Both the position numbers and the translations under genes were made by a program. Below, one piece after another: positions 11,266 through 25,698 of a stretch of 64,000 bases of DNA. The number at the start of each line of letters is the position of its first letter. Position 1 is the stretch's first letter. Origin of the DNA: Cycas panzhihuaensis (lineage: Eukaryota; Plantae; Cycadophyta); assembly GCA_023213395.1 (NCBI GenBank), contig CM041465.1, positions 50,537,741 to 50,601,740 of the forward strand, read 5' to 3'. Below the pieces are notes generated by a model that was not told the origin of the DNA, ran no database searches, and saw only the letters and a list, made by a program, of their open reading frames with translations.

Positions 11266-14200
11266 TGTTAAACTTTATGTTTACATGTTCAGCAATGTAC
11301 CTTGTAATATTTCATTATTTGTATTTTATGTAAGGTTGACTTCTCACTTAAGTGATAAAGTGCACACCCACATTCTTTCTAAGGACATAATATTGTAACT
11401 TAAGGGCCAAAGTGACCTTTATGCACTTTTTTTCATAAGAGAGCCCAAAAGACACTTGTCCTACATGCAAAAGGTGTAGCTTGGATGTTTGACACTTATC
11501 AAATATCAAGCCCCTTATGTCTCTCTTCCAACTTTATATATTGAGACCAATTTTCATGTATTTCATATGGAGAGTGAGTAGTACTGTTATATTGCAAGTT
11601 TGTTAATCAAGCATTCATTCTTATTTGGAGATTGGACCAATTCCTTCTTTTTCATATTGGTATTTTTATGCTTATGTTTGCTTATAGTGCAATTCAATAT
11701 TTGTTTTCATAGATGTTAATCATCTCATTTACAAGCAGATCTTTTCTCTCCTTAAGATCTTTAAGTTCATAGGCTTAATGCCCATTTCTAACATTTGGTA
11801 TCAAAGTAGCTGAGAAGAGTCTTTTCTACTTTTTTTTTTTAGATTTGTGAGAGGGTACCAAACCATTGGTGACAACCTTCACTCTATGAAGGTGATCCAA
11901 GGCTTGTTTGGCCAAGGTTTTGCAGTTTTTAGCATTTTAAGGTTATTTGCAGGCTGTTGATCTTTGATTTCATGCTCTGAAAATTTTTTTCAAACTTATT
12001 TTCCAGGTGCAACACTAATTGTTGTTAAAAAATAGTGTTTCTTGTTGATTTTCTCTATTAAAAAATTAAATTTTGTAGAAGAAAGGCAGATCTAAGGAGT
12101 TTGATTGTGTTTTTTGCTGTAAATCAATCTTCCATCTACTTCTTTCTACCTACAATTGACATGCAACAACTTTCACTCTGTTCTGGGTGGATTTATCACT
12201 AATTTTAGTGATTTTCACTTCAAAAAATTGCTTCTTCTATTCATTTCTCCTTGCAGACTGAGTGTTGGCCAGATCAGACACCATCTACAGGTGCTATAAC
12301 ATCATAAGACAATTCTTAAAGCTTTGAGTTTGGTTTTTAGACCCTCTTTTGTTATACGGCCAACCATGCAAACTCCATGACTATGCACCCAACATAAAGC
12401 TTCATTCTCTTCGTTTTCATGGCAGAAAGTATCAATCGCCACCAAATTTCAAGAATATCATTGTCTGCCCCATACTGAGGCACCCCTGAAATTTTAACTT
12501 GATCTGAGCTCTGTATGGTGAGATACAAATGATTTGACCTCCACGCAGACGCGCATCCGTCGCCATTTCAATTTTTTTTCAACATTTTCATTTTTGAACT
12601 ATATTGATACAACTTTATGTTATATCATTTAGTATATGCTTTAGAACATTCATTTTTATATAATTTTTTATTCTAAGGTTATTTTTTATTTAAGTGATTT
12701 CACTTTATTTAATCACTTTTATATCAAATTTCATCATTTTCTTTATTTTTTTAAGTTCATTAATACATAAAAAAATTTGCAAATGTATTTTTGACTTAAA
12801 AAAAGAGTGATTTATTGATATTTTGTACTTCAAAGTGAAAATTTCACATTTTAAGTGATTTTTTTTAAGGCTCCTTGCGAGGTGACCTTAATGCCCTAGT
12901 CATTAGAGGGGTTAAAATTCACTTTTTTAATAAAATCACTTATTTTTTTGAAGGTTACTTAGGACTATTTAAAGTCCTAATACATTGGTGGTGCTTGTTT
13001 ACTTTTGCAAGTTGTTGTTTTTCACCATTAAAGTGGTTATTTTTTATTAAAAGGAACCCACTTGAAGCATTACATCAAGCAAGCTCTTTGTTTTACTTGG
13101 ATACTTAAACACTTTTTTTGCTATTTTAAGTGCTCTTGAAAACACTTAATGTGTTACTTTTGATGTACTTATTTGCTTCTTTTTGAAGCCTCATTTGTAA
13201 GATTTTTTTATCAAGTAAAATTTACTTAAAGTCAACTTAAGTTCCTTAAAAATTTGACTTTAAAGTCTTGTGGGAGAGGCTTGAAAAAGGTTAAGTCCTT
13301 GTTTCTATAATCTCAAGTTTGGTGTATTTTCTAAGGGACCAACCAACTGTACGTTCAGTGCACAACAATTAAGATTTCTTGGGAAAAAGGAAGTTCGAAA
13401 AGGGTGTTATTGGGGCTGTGAATTCCAAGGAAAGCATGGTACATCCATGCAGATCAACCCTACCTACCTTGTTCTAGATTTGACTTGGTCAACTATTAAA
13501 TCTACTTAAAGATTAGTGTTGGGCCAACTCTTTAGCCTAGTCCTCCACCCTTCGTCATTCTCTTCTACTGTTGGATTTTTAGTAAGATCAGGGCTGTTGG
13601 TTTGTTAGAAGGTGGAACTTAAGTGACAAAAGATTTGAGTTTTCAAGTTCATCTACTAGTTTCAAGATTTTTAAAACAACTTTAACATCATGATTGCAAT
13701 TAACATGTTTAATGCATGCACCATCAAGTTAACTAGTCAAGATAATTATTAAATTAACTAGTCAAGATAATTATCAAGTTAACTAGTCAAGATAATTATC
13801 ATGAATGAATTTTGAGGATTTGTTTCTAGTAAGAACTCCAAACTTGTACCTGTGCAAAGTCACTGATGAGAATGTCATTGTTTAGCTTGATCTAGTTCTT
13901 GTTGTTGCTTGGGAAGTTAAGGATGAGATTGCCTTAGCATTTTTACATATGATTGGTGATGTAAATGTAGATCAAAATATTGCTTGTGTCAAAACATCTA
14001 AAGAAGCATGGGATATTTTATGCTCTTTGTATGAAAGGCGAGTTAAAGCTCGCATTATGATGATTAAAGTTAAATTGTGCTCTTTGAAGTTTGTAAAGTC
14101 AATGTCGGCATTTTTTTTTACTATCAAAGATATTTGTAATGAGTTGAATACTCTAGGAAAACCTGTTTCTAGAGATGAGCTTGTAATGACAACATTGCAT

Positions 14201-17200
14201 GCATTGCCAAAAAATTTCATTGGATTCATTTAATCCATTATTAGAGATCGCACATTAGTTTCTGTAACTTTCAATCAACTTGAAAGTTTACTCCTTCGAG
14301 AGGAACAAAATTTACATGAGAGAGAAAGAAGAACCATCAACATTAGAAGCATTCACAGCGAAGCTCAAGGCCAAACAAGGTTTCAAACCATCATTTCAAA
14401 AGCAATTTGGTAACATGAACATTAGCACATCTAAGACCAATATAATCTGTCATTATTGTGGTAAAGTAAGCCACTGTTTCTGAATAGAAAAAGAAGCAAT
14501 CAGATCTACAACAGTCTTGTCAATAGTAGCCACGTCAGCAACAATTTCAATAACAGCAATAATATGAATCCCCTAGACTAAATCGATGTGTTTTTTAAGG
14601 AGGGCAAAGGAGAAGGGGGGCTTTAGAGATGGCAATCAACGCCACACAAATCAATTTGCAGATGAAGATAAGATGTTTTGTGCTTATCATAATTCTGAAA
14701 TTGATAACACATGGATCATTGACTCAGGGGCATCTTGGCACATGACATGTAGTGAAGAACTACTTTATGACATCAAATAAGGAAGAGAGAAAACTGTTAC
14801 ATTTGGTAACAACGAATCTGTGAAGATTTTTGGCATAGGCAAGATTGGCTTATTTCATTCATCTGCCAACCTTTCTTCCACATTTCCCATTAGAGATGCC
14901 TATCTAATACCCTCAATGGAAAAGAGTCTCTTATCTGTTAGTCACTTGGACAAACAACACATGAATATTTTATTGAAAAGTGGGAAATACATAATCAATG
15001 ACAAGCATGATCGAGTGATAGCCATTGGTGATGAGGACCATCGACTTTACAAAATGGATGCATCAAATATAACACTTGACATTGTTTATTCTGTCACACA
15101 ATCTATGTCAAAGGATCAACTTTGGCATCAACGCCTAGGCCACTTGAGCCTAGATAATATCAAGATGATGGTTACTAAAAACATGGTGCATGGGCTTCCA
15201 AGGATATCTGGAACAAAGTGTCTTTGTGAAGCTTGTATTATGGGGACTTAGCATAGATAGCCTTTTCCTAAAGGCAATTTTTGGCGTGCATCATAACCCT
15301 TGCATCTGATCCATTCAGATTCATGTGGACCCATGTCCACGACATCTTTTGGAGGCCCTTTGTACTACATTTCCTTCATAGATGGCTTTTCACATAAAGT
15401 TTGTGTCTATTTCATCAAGTAAAAGTTTGATGCATTTCAAAAGTTCAAGGAATTTAAACTGGAAGTGGAAAATGAATCTGGATACTTAATCAAAATCTTG
15501 AGATTAGATAATGGAGGTGAATTTACCTCAAAGAAATTCATTTAATTCTGCAAGGATCATGGGATTAAGAGACAACTCACTACTCCTCATACTCCTCAAC
15601 AAAATGGAGTTTCTGAGTGAATGAATAGAACTTTGGCAAATAAAGCCAAAGCAATGATGTATGCTAAAGGACTACCTCGTTCCTATTGGGTGGAAGTATT
15701 CCACACAACAACCTATGTGGCAAACAGGAGTCCTATTTCAGCAGTCATTGACATCACACCAGAGGAGGCTTGGTCTGGCAGAGAGCCAATAGTTAGCCAT
15801 TTGAAGACCTTTGGGTGCACTGCTTATAGGCACATTCCCCATCATCAAAGATCAAAGTTAGATAAAAATAGTCTCAAATGTATTTTTGTAGGCTATAGTG
15901 TTCACAACAAGGCATATAAGCTATATGATTCCATTGCTAAGAAAATGCATCTTTCAAGAGATGTAACCTTTGTTGAAGAAGACAATAAGGAGTTGGAATC
16001 TGCTTCCATCCAACCTCCTATTGAAAAAGGTAAGCAAATTGTTGAGGATTTTCTTCCCTCACAATCATTTATACCATGTACATCTTATGTTCCTGTTGTT
16101 TCTATTTCAACTCCATCTACTTCAAATTTAGCTCCACTTGACCCTATCTCTTCTTCAATTGATCAACGTTTACAACCAGAGGGTATTGAGGTTGAAGTTA
16201 CTTGTATATATGTTACCTAAATGGTATACACAGACAATACAGGATAGTTAGATCATAAAAAGAAAATGTCCATCCAAGATGAGACAACAAACCAATTATG
16301 CACTTATGGCTGAAGTGCTTTGTGTTGATGAGCCTTCTACTTTTGAGGAGGCATATAAAAATGAAAATTGGAAGGTTTTCATAGATGAAGAGATCCATTC
16401 TATTGAAAAGAATAGAACATGGGATTTGGTGGAATTGCCTAAAAACAAACAGGCAATCAGTTGCAAATGGGTTTATAAAACCAAATTCTACTCTAATGGT
16501 TCACCTAAGCGTCAGAAGGCTTGACTTATTGCAAAGGGATTCAAACAAAAGGAAGACATTGAATATGATGAGACCTTTGCACCAATTGCAAACATAAATA
16601 CCATTAGATTCATTTTGGCCTTAACTATTTAATGCAAATGGCCAATCTACCAGATGGACGTGAAGAGTGCCTTTATCAACGACGATCTTTAAGAGGACGT
16701 ATATTTGGAGCAACCTCTTAGTTACATTGTACAAGGCAAAGAGCATTTATTTTATTGCCTTAAAAAGGTTTTTTATGGCTTAAAACAAGCCCCTAGAGCA
16801 TGGTACTAAAAAATCGATGATTATTTTTTAAGACATGGATATCATCGATCCACATCAGATATTAACTTATACATAAAAGTTAAGGAGGACCATGTAATTT
16901 TTATTGTCTTGTATGTTGACGTAGTGATCACTAGAAATAACACTAAGATGATAGAAATTTTTCAAGGTGACCTTAAGAGAAGTTTGGAGATGATTGATCT
17001 TGGACTTCTCCATTATTTCTTAGGCTTGGAGGTATGGCAACAACCAAGTCATATCTTCATCTCTCAAGCAAAATATTCTTGAGACATATTGCAAGGTTTT
17101 AGAATGTGAGACTACAAACCAACATCTACACCTATGGAGAATGGCACAAAACTGACACTTAATGAGGAAACAGAACCAACAAATCCCACCTTTTATCGAC

Positions 17201-17350
17201 AACTAGTTGATAGCCTAATCTACCTCACCAATAATAGACTTGACATTTTATTTGTTGTTGGAATTTGTTCTAGGTATATGTCTCAATTGAATCAGAAACA
17301 TTGGAATGCAACAAAGCGTATACTGAGATACATCAAAGGCATAATGATGG
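11266..17350 (+). mobile_element. 3'-truncated Copia element (family A): 5' LTR 11266-11793, PBS-Met 11796-11806, ~1.9-kb leader, decayed gag-pol from ~13690
   Basis: TGTT..AACA LTR followed by tggtatcaaag. Motifs KEAWDIL, CHYCGKVSHC, WIIDSGAS, LWHQRLGH, DNGGEF, PQQNG, QMDVKSAF and LYVD. Ends at ILRYIKG. Confidence 0.92.
13723..13797. repeat. Three tandem copies of a 25-bp unit at the gag 5' end
   Basis: atcaagttaactagtcaagataatt x3; the sister element (~24085-24110, minus strand) has a single copy. Confidence 0.9.
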
Positions 17351-18815
17351 TCTACGACACTGCTCTTCACAATGATGGGACACGTCATGACGCAACTCAC
17401 ATGCAAACACCTATTCTTTTCAACCCACTTTGATCTGTAAGCAGGATCAGTCACATCATCTTGTTCTAATGCCAAGTTGAAATCATGGATATCAAACAAG
17501 TAATTGGAATACGTCTTCTCTCTTAATGATGAAAGGAGATGAATACATATTTATAATTGTGTCTACCTCTAACTCCTCCAACCATAATTGGCAACCGTTT
17601 CACCTACCAGTTAGGCATTACATATAAAGATGTACATAAACACACTTAAAGACTTGACACAACACTTCTGTTATACCTTTGACAATAACATTAACGCTAA
17701 TCTATAGACCATGACATAATAACCCTTTAGGACTACAACATTAATACCCCTTAGACATAATATTCTCCTAGACACATTAAACATTAACTCTTAACAGGAA
17801 CTAACTCAGAGATGAAATCAACCATTCTTCCTCATAGATTAAAGGAGAGGAGAACCTCTCATATATATACATATATCATGATTACAATAGAGGGCCCATG
17901 TATGTGGGCCACTTGTCAACACAAAATAAAAGAGGGGTTGATGACACACGACCCTCAACAATAACTTAAGAGCTTTTAGAGATTAAACATTAACATCCCC
18001 TCTTAATGTTTTATCCTTTGTTCTGAACTCTTAACAATCTTCGAAGGTAGTGGAATCTGTCTCTTCCCAATGGTTTGGTGAAGATGCCTACAAGACAATG
18101 CTCGTTGTTGCAGTGTTGAAGATCAATCTCTTTGGCTTCAACTTTCTCACGAATGAAATGATGATGAACTTCAATATGTTTTGTTCTTGCATGGTAGACT
18201 AGATTCTTTGTCTATTTGATCGCACTTTGGTTATCACAAAATACTGGAGTGGATTTAGATATTTCCTGATTTAAGACTTTGCTCAATTATTTGGACCAAA
18301 TTGCTTCACAAGTGGCACTCATAGTTGCTTTGTATTTTGCCGTTGTAGACAATAAAGCAACAATTGCTTGTTTCTTACTACTCAAGGATGTTATGGTTGA
18401 TCATAAGGTGAAGCAGTACCTAAAAGTAGATTTCCTCTCATGACGGTCGCCAACCCAATCTAAATCATAGTATCCTATTAGATTAATATTAGAATTTTTG
18501 TTATATTTCAATCCCAGATCTAAAATGCCTTTGATGTACTTTAGAATTTGTTTTAGTTGCATTCCAATAAACAATCTTTGGAGCATGCCTGAATCTAGAG
18601 ATGATTCCAACAGAGTATGATATGCCCGGTCTAGTTGTTGTCAGATATATGAGACTTCCAACAAGCTGCCTATATAAAATCTCATTTACTCTTTGACTAT
18701 CTTCTTCTATTGTCAAAACACATCCTATCTCCATTGGAGTGATATTGGCATTGCAACTTTCCGTATTGAAGTAAGTATCATCCTTTCGTATCTTTGAGAC
18801 GTATATATAATTAGT
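17351..18815 (-). mobile_element. Patchwork: LTR-like piece ending at 17796, partial 3' LTR to 17996, PPT 17997-18006, decayed Copia RNase H/RT
   Basis: ..ttaaca ends at 17796 and 17996, then tcccctctta. Remnants YRQLVGSLIYL, DLDWVGD, CDNQSAI and HARTKHIEVHHHF. Confidence 0.75.
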
Positions 18816-18819
18816 CATC

Positions 18820-19836
18820 TTCTCTCCCTATCTTTGAGCTATAGGAATATATTTGTCATAGCTCTTGGTTCACTCATGAATTTATTTCCCATTTTCAAGA
18901 CTAGAATGATTTCACCATATCATAGACAACTTACAAGTATGCTTTCTCTATCCCCAAGACAACTTACAAAAATGTTTTTCCTATCTACACGACTTACAAG
19001 TATACCTTCTTTATTTTTAGAACTTTATAAAAGAACTTTTCCTTTGAACATGCTTTATTACATTTATTAGAATTAATCTTTACATTAGGTTAATGGTCGT
19101 TTAGAATCTTTAGCGAGTCGTAGGGTCATCATTGATTTGGTGACACTTGTCTAGTAGTTACATTGAGTCTATAATAGACGTGATGTGTTAGAGTGGTTAT
19201 AGGTTCATTTTGGACTATTACCAATCCCCTTTGTGTATTTGTGTACATTGGTTTGGACATATTAATTTAACCATTCTAAATGAATGAAAATCTTGTTTTG
19301 AAGGTATACCAATTCTGCCTGATAAATTGTGTTTGGATTCTTCATTGGTTTACTTACATTCATGGTTCAAATTTATACTTGGTATCAAAGTAGGTTAATT
19401 TGTAGGTTGTTAATCAAAATTTTGACATGTAGAATTGTGACGAGCTGATTTAGAGGAATTAGTAGGTGAATTTATGGCATTTATTGCCAAATATGCTATG
19501 TGGATTCATAAAATTTGTGCAAAATATTAGAGTGTTGGGATCATTTGCAGTGGGATTTTGCTTAGTGTTTTTTAATGTTTTCAATGAGAGTTTTTTGTGG
19601 CAACCAAAAAAAAAAGTTTTTGCAATGTTTTGCAATATTAAATTGTTTTTAACTTTTGTTTGAGATTTGGTCATAAGCCCCCTAGATGAAGGCCCTTGGT
19701 CACGTGGCAAGACAAGGTGCTAACGTATTTTGTGGCTTATTGAGTTGTCCATTGTTATTTCTAGGAACACATTTCTATAGTGTTTTTCATGCTATTTCAT
19801 TCTAGCAAGGTCACATGGTGTAATTTCGATTCCTTG
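18820..19836 (+). mobile_element. 5' remnant of another LTR element (LTR with ~33-bp tandem repeats, PBS-Met 19380-19390, leader)
   Basis: tggtatcaaag at 19380. Repeats ac(a/g)acttacaa occur three times at ~18925-19015. The left boundary is uncertain. Confidence 0.5.
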
Positions 19837-22800
19837 TGTTAGAAATGGCATTTAGCCTACATCAACGAGGATCTAGAAAGATGTTCTAATCTAGTTCTAG
19901 AATCAAGAAGATCAACACTAACAATGAAAGCTACTCAAGTAAACAAGATAAAAGATCAAAGCATGAAAGAGCATGAGCAAGATGATAAAAATATATGGAG
20001 GAGATGGAATTGGTCTAATCTTCAAATGAATATCAGTTTGATTAGAAAACTGGCAGCATAACAATACAACTCAAACTCTATATGAGATACATGAGAAATG
20101 GTCTCAATATATAGAGTTACAAAAGAAACCCAAGGTGCACAAGTGTCAAACATCCAAGCTACATGTAGGATGTGTCCTTTTGGGCTCTCAAGTGAGCAAA
20201 AGTGTATAAGGGTCATTTTGACCCTCAAGTCACAATGTTATGTCACTAAGAAAGAATGTGGATGTGTACTTTATTACTTAAGTGATAAGTCACCTCATAA
20301 AGTACAAATATACATGAAAAAAATAAAGTACATATGTTTAACATGTAAACATAAGGTTTAACACCCCCCTTACTGTTTACAATGTTAAGTTGGACCCCTA
20401 GACCTTCTATAAATTTTATAAACTTTTTTCTACCAAGAGGCTTGGTAAAGATATCTACTTTCTGCTACTCTGTAGGTCTGTGATGGAGGTTGATCTCACC
20501 GTTCGACACATACTCTCTGATGAAATGGCGATGAACCTCGATGTGTTTGGTCTGTGCATGAAAAACTGGATTATTGGCCAACTAGAGCACACTTTGATTG
20601 TCGCAATATATCCTGGTGGGGTGATCTTGCTCAAGTCCAAGCTCTCCAAGAATCTGACGAAGTCATATAGCCTGACAAGCTGTGCTGATTGCAGCTTTGT
20701 ACTTTGCTTCCATGAATGACAAGGTAACATTGGGTTGCTTCTTGCAACTCCATGAAATGACTCCTAAACCAAGGGTAAAGTAGTAACTGAAGGTTGATCT
20801 CTGGCTATCCTAGCATCTTGGTCAATCAGAATCTAAGAACCCTTCTGAGATGAAATTTTTATTGTGAACATACTGAAGACCATGCTGCAATGTGCCTTTA
20901 ATGTGTTTCAGTATGCATTTAATTGCATTCTAATGTTTCTGATTTGGTTGAGACATGTATCTGGAGTAAATTCCAATAGAAAATGAAATATCCAGTCTAC
21001 TGTTGGTGAGGTAGATTAGGCTACCAACTAGTTGTTGAAAAAGAGTGGGATCTGCAAGTTCAACTTCTTCATTGAGAGTTAGTTTTATTCCATTCTCCAT
21101 AGGTGTATGCGCTGGTTCGCAGTCATGCATCTTAAACCGCTGCAAAATATCCTAAGAGTATTTTGCTTGGGAGATGAAGATATAATTTGGCTGTTGCCAT
21201 AGATCAAAGCCTAGAAAATAATGGAGAAGTTCAAGATCTGCTATCTCGAAGCTTCTCTTCAATTCACCTTAGAGTATCTGAATCATCTTAGTGTCATTTT
21301 CAGTGATCACTAAGTCATCAACGTACAAGACAATAAAAATGGCATGGTCCTTCCCAATTTTGATGTATAAGTTAGGATCTAATATGGATCAGTGATATCC
21401 ATGTCTTAAAAAATAATCATCGATTTTAGAGTACCATGCTTTAGGGGTTTGTTTCAAGCCATACAAAGCCTTTTTAAGGCGACAAACTATGTGTTCCTTT
21501 CCTTGTACTTTGTAACTAGGAGGTTGCTCCAAATATACCTCCTCTTGAAGATCGCCATTAAGAAAGGCGCTCTTCACGTCCATCTAAAAAATTGGCCATT
21601 TGCATTGAGTAGTTAATGCTAAGATGAGTCTGATGGTATACATGTTTGCAACAAGTGCAAAGGTCTCCTTATAATCAATGTCTTCTTTTTGTTTGAATCC
21701 CTTTACAACAAGTCGGGCCTTTTGGCGCTTGAGTGTCCCATCAAAGTGGAATTTGGTCTTGTAGACCCATTTGCAACTAATTGCCTGTTTGTGTTTAGGT
21801 AATTCTACTAAATCCTATGTTCCATTCTTTTCAATAGAATGGATTTCTTCATCCATAGCAGCCTTCCAATTTTCATTTTCCTATGCCTCCTCAAAAGTGA
21901 AAGGTTCATCAACACATAGCACTTCAACCATAAGTGCATAATTGGTTTGCTGTTGATATTTTGATGGACGTTTTCCTTCAATAATCTGACTATTCTAAAC
22001 AGTCTGAGTATACCATTTGGGCAACGTTTTGACTGATGTAACTTGAACCTTGAGATCTTCTTGTCAGAGTGGTTGATAAACAAAAGATGTGCTAGGATCA
22101 AATGGAGCAGGTTCTGATGATGTGGAAGGATTAGCCGGTGCAGATGATGGATATGGTGTGGAAGATTAATAGGGAAGGAAGTCCTTAACAGTCTTTTTGC
22201 CCTTATCAAGAGGAGGTTGGATGGATGTTGATTCACCTCCTTTGAAGTGAATTCACCTTTATTGTCTGATCTTAGAATTTTGATTGAGTGGCCAGATTCA
22301 TTTTCCACTTTAAATTTGAATCCTTTGAACTTCTGGAATGCTTCAAATTTTTGTTTGATGAAGTACCCAAACTGTGTGAAAAGTCATCCATGAAGGAGAT
22401 GTAGTACAATGCCCCTCCAAAAGATGTCATGGACATGGGTCCACATAAATCTGAATGTATCAACTGCAAAGGATACGATGCACAACATGCTTTGCCTTTA
22501 GAGAAAAGCAATCGATATTGTGTCCCCATTATACAAGCTTCACAAAGACATTTTGATCCATAAAGTCTTGGAAGCCTATGCACCATGCTTTTGTTCACCA
22601 TCATCTTAATGTTGTCTTAAGCTTAAGTGGCCTTGATGTTGATGGCAAAGTTGCATTTTTGACATTGATTAAGTGACAAAGTAAGCGGAATCAAGTGTGA
22701 TATTATTTGCATCCATCTTATAAAGTCCATGGTCTTCATGACCAATGGCCACCACATGATCATACTTGTCACTAATGACACATTTTTCATTTTTGAACAA

Positions 22801-25110
22801 AATGTTCATCTGTTGCTTGTCTACTTGGCTAACAGATAACAAACTCTTCTCTATGGAAGGAATTAGGTAGGCATTTCTAGTGGGAAATGTAGAAGAAGGA
22901 TTTGAAGGAGAATGAAATGAGACAATTTTGCCTATACCTGATATCTGAACTGATTCATTGTTGCCAAAGGTCACTAATTGACCTTTTTCTTTCTTGATGT
23001 CATAGAGGTGTTCTTCACTCCTTGTTATATGACAAGATGCCCCCAAGTCGATGATCCATATCTGATCAACATTTGAAGTTTGATAAGCACAAAATAGCTT
23101 ACTCTTATCTACAAACTGATTAGAGTGGTATTGATTGCCACCTCTGAACCCCCCCTTCCTCTTTGACCTCCTCAATATGCATCTTGATTTGGTCGAGAGG
23201 GTTGCTGTTGTTGTTGCTCAAATTGCTATTGTTGTTGGAACTGCTGACGAGGCTATTGTTGCCCCTGATACTGCTGACGAGGTTGTTGTTGCCTCTGATG
23301 CTGTTGACGTGGTTGCTGTTGTCGTGTGTGTTGGAGATCAGCTTGCTTTTTACGACATTCAGAGCAATGTGGGCAACTTTGCCATAATAATGACAAATGA
23401 TATTGGCTTTTGATGAGCCAATGTTCATGTTTCCAAATTGTTTTGTGAGTGAAGATTTGGGACCTTGCTTGGCCTTCAACTTGGCCATGAATGCTCCTGA
23501 TGTTGATAGCTCCTCATTGTCTTTCAGGTAGATCTGCTCCTATTGAAGCAATAGACTTTCAAGTTGATTGAATGTAATGGACGAAAGTGAGCCATTCTGA
23601 GTAATGGATGAAATGAATCCATTTTAATCTTTAGGCAATGCATGTACAATTGTTGTTACAAGCTCATCTCTGGAAGTTGGTTTGTCTAATGTATTCAATT
23701 CATTACAAATCTCTTTGATGAAGGAAAAAAATGCTGACATAGGCTTTACAAATTTTAAAGAATAAAGTTTTGTTTTCACTATCATAATGCAAGTTTTATC
23801 TCGCCTTTTATACAATGAGGACAAAGTGTATCAAGCTTCCTTTGAAGTTTTTGCATAAACAATATTCTGATCAACATGTACATCAATAATTATATGCAAA
23901 AATGCCAAAGCAATTTCATCCTTCGATTCCCAAGTAGCAACATAAACTAGATCTAGATAAATAATGACATTCTCATCAGTCTCGCTTCTCATAGGCACAT
24001 GTTGGGATATCTTTCCAGAAACATAATCCCAAAATTTATTCATTATCAAAAGGTTTTGTGTTTGCCTTTTTCATTCTTGATAATTATCTTGACCTGTCAA
24101 TTTTATGGTACATGCATTAAGCATGTTTAAAGTAGCCATGTTGAAGTTGTAAAATCTTGAAGTTAGCAGATGAACTTGGAAACTCAAAGCTTTCGTCACT
24201 TAAGTTCCACCTTCTAACAAGCCAACAATCTTGATCTTACTAGAAGATCCAACAACTAAATGGAATGATAAAGGGGTGGAGGAATAGCCAAAAGAGTTTA
24301 TCCAACCTTGATTTATAAAGGAGATCCAACAGTTGACCAAGTCAAATATAGAACAACGTAGGTAGGGTTGATCTGCATGGATGTACCATTCTTTTCCTGG
24401 GATTCATAACTCCAATAACACCCTTTTCAAATCTCATTTTTCTCAAGAAATTTTAATTGTCGTGCACTAACCGTACAGTTGGATGGGCCCCCAGGGAATG
24501 CACCAAGCTTAAGGTTATTTCAAAGGCAAGGTTTGAACCTTTTTCGAGCCTCTTCCACCAAATTTTAAAGTCACTTTTTAATGATATTTAAGTGAACTTT
24601 AGATTAATTTTATTTGGTTGATGTACTTAGTAAAAAATGTTTTATAGAATAGTTTACAATGAACTTCAAAGAGAAGCAAAGTACATCAAGAAAATAACGC
24701 AAAAATGTGTTTAACAATGACACTTTAAAAGATTAAAAAAATGTTTAAAAATCCAAGTAAAAACTAAGTGAAAAATAAACTTTTTTGTTTTAAATGTGAT
24801 GAAGCAAGTGGGTTCCTTTTGATGAAAAATAGCCACTTGAAGATGAGAGAAGAATCACTTTGCAAATGTAGACATCAACAACTAAGTGTTAGGACTTAAA
24901 ACAATCCTAACCAACCACGAAAAAGAGTGATTTTTTGTTAAAAAGAGTAAGTTTTGAGACCCTTTTTGAATTAGGGCACTAGGTCACCACGCAGGGAGCT
25001 TTAATAAAATACTTAAAAGAGTGATTTTTTGTTTTTACAATGATGAAAAGGACTTAAAAAAATCACTTAATGAGTCACAAAACACAAGTGCAAATTCTTT
25101 TTGCTTTAAG
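19837..25110 (-). mobile_element. Second family-A Copia in inverted orientation: 3' LTR 19837-20363, PPT 20364-20371, decayed pol and gag (start ~24140), leader
   Basis: LTR ends are the reverse complement of 11266-11793 (tgttaaac.ttatgtttacatgtt / ccatttctaaca). Motifs MDVKSAF, LYVDD, IHSDLCGPM and WIIDLGAS. ~460-bp integrase deletion near 22240 relative to the + copy. Confidence 0.92.
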
Positions 25111-25667
25111 TGAAATTCAAAAATTGAAATTTTATTAAGAAAAGTGTTTTGAAACCCTTTCAATAAGTAAGTATTAAAACGTAGAAGGAACTTTAGGTTA
25201 GCGGCAAGTATTAAAAAGAGAATATTCTAGGAATATTTTTCATTACATAACCTAAAGAAAGGCGAGTATGCGCACAAGTCAAGAACTGACAGCATAAAGT
25301 CGTCGAGTGAGTTGATTTTAAAGAAAGTACTCTTGTTCTCGAATGACACGTAAAAATAACTGAAAACTGAATGTAAATGTTCTACTTAAGTGTTGTTGCC
25401 ATATCCAAGTGTAGTGATGACGCGTCCACCTAGTGCCCAAGTGGCACTCTATGTGCCCAAATGGCATTCAATGAGATCTCTAAGTGCATGCGATCATTAA
25501 AATTATACACATATGATGAGCCAAATCATTGGATATTGCTCTAATTTAGATGATTGATTAGTACAAAGGATTTAAGTGCCTTGTTTGTTTTATAAAAGGG
25601 CTAAAATAGGCTTCCAAAAGCCAAAAAGGTTATAAATGTCTAAAAAAAACCCCTCTTACATGCTATA

Positions 25668-25698
<31 letters not shown>

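Noticed and set aside
23135-23413. Leu-rich and Val/Ala-rich + strand ORFs as membrane proteins
   Set aside because: They are antisense shadows of the CAA/CAG-rich gag repeat.
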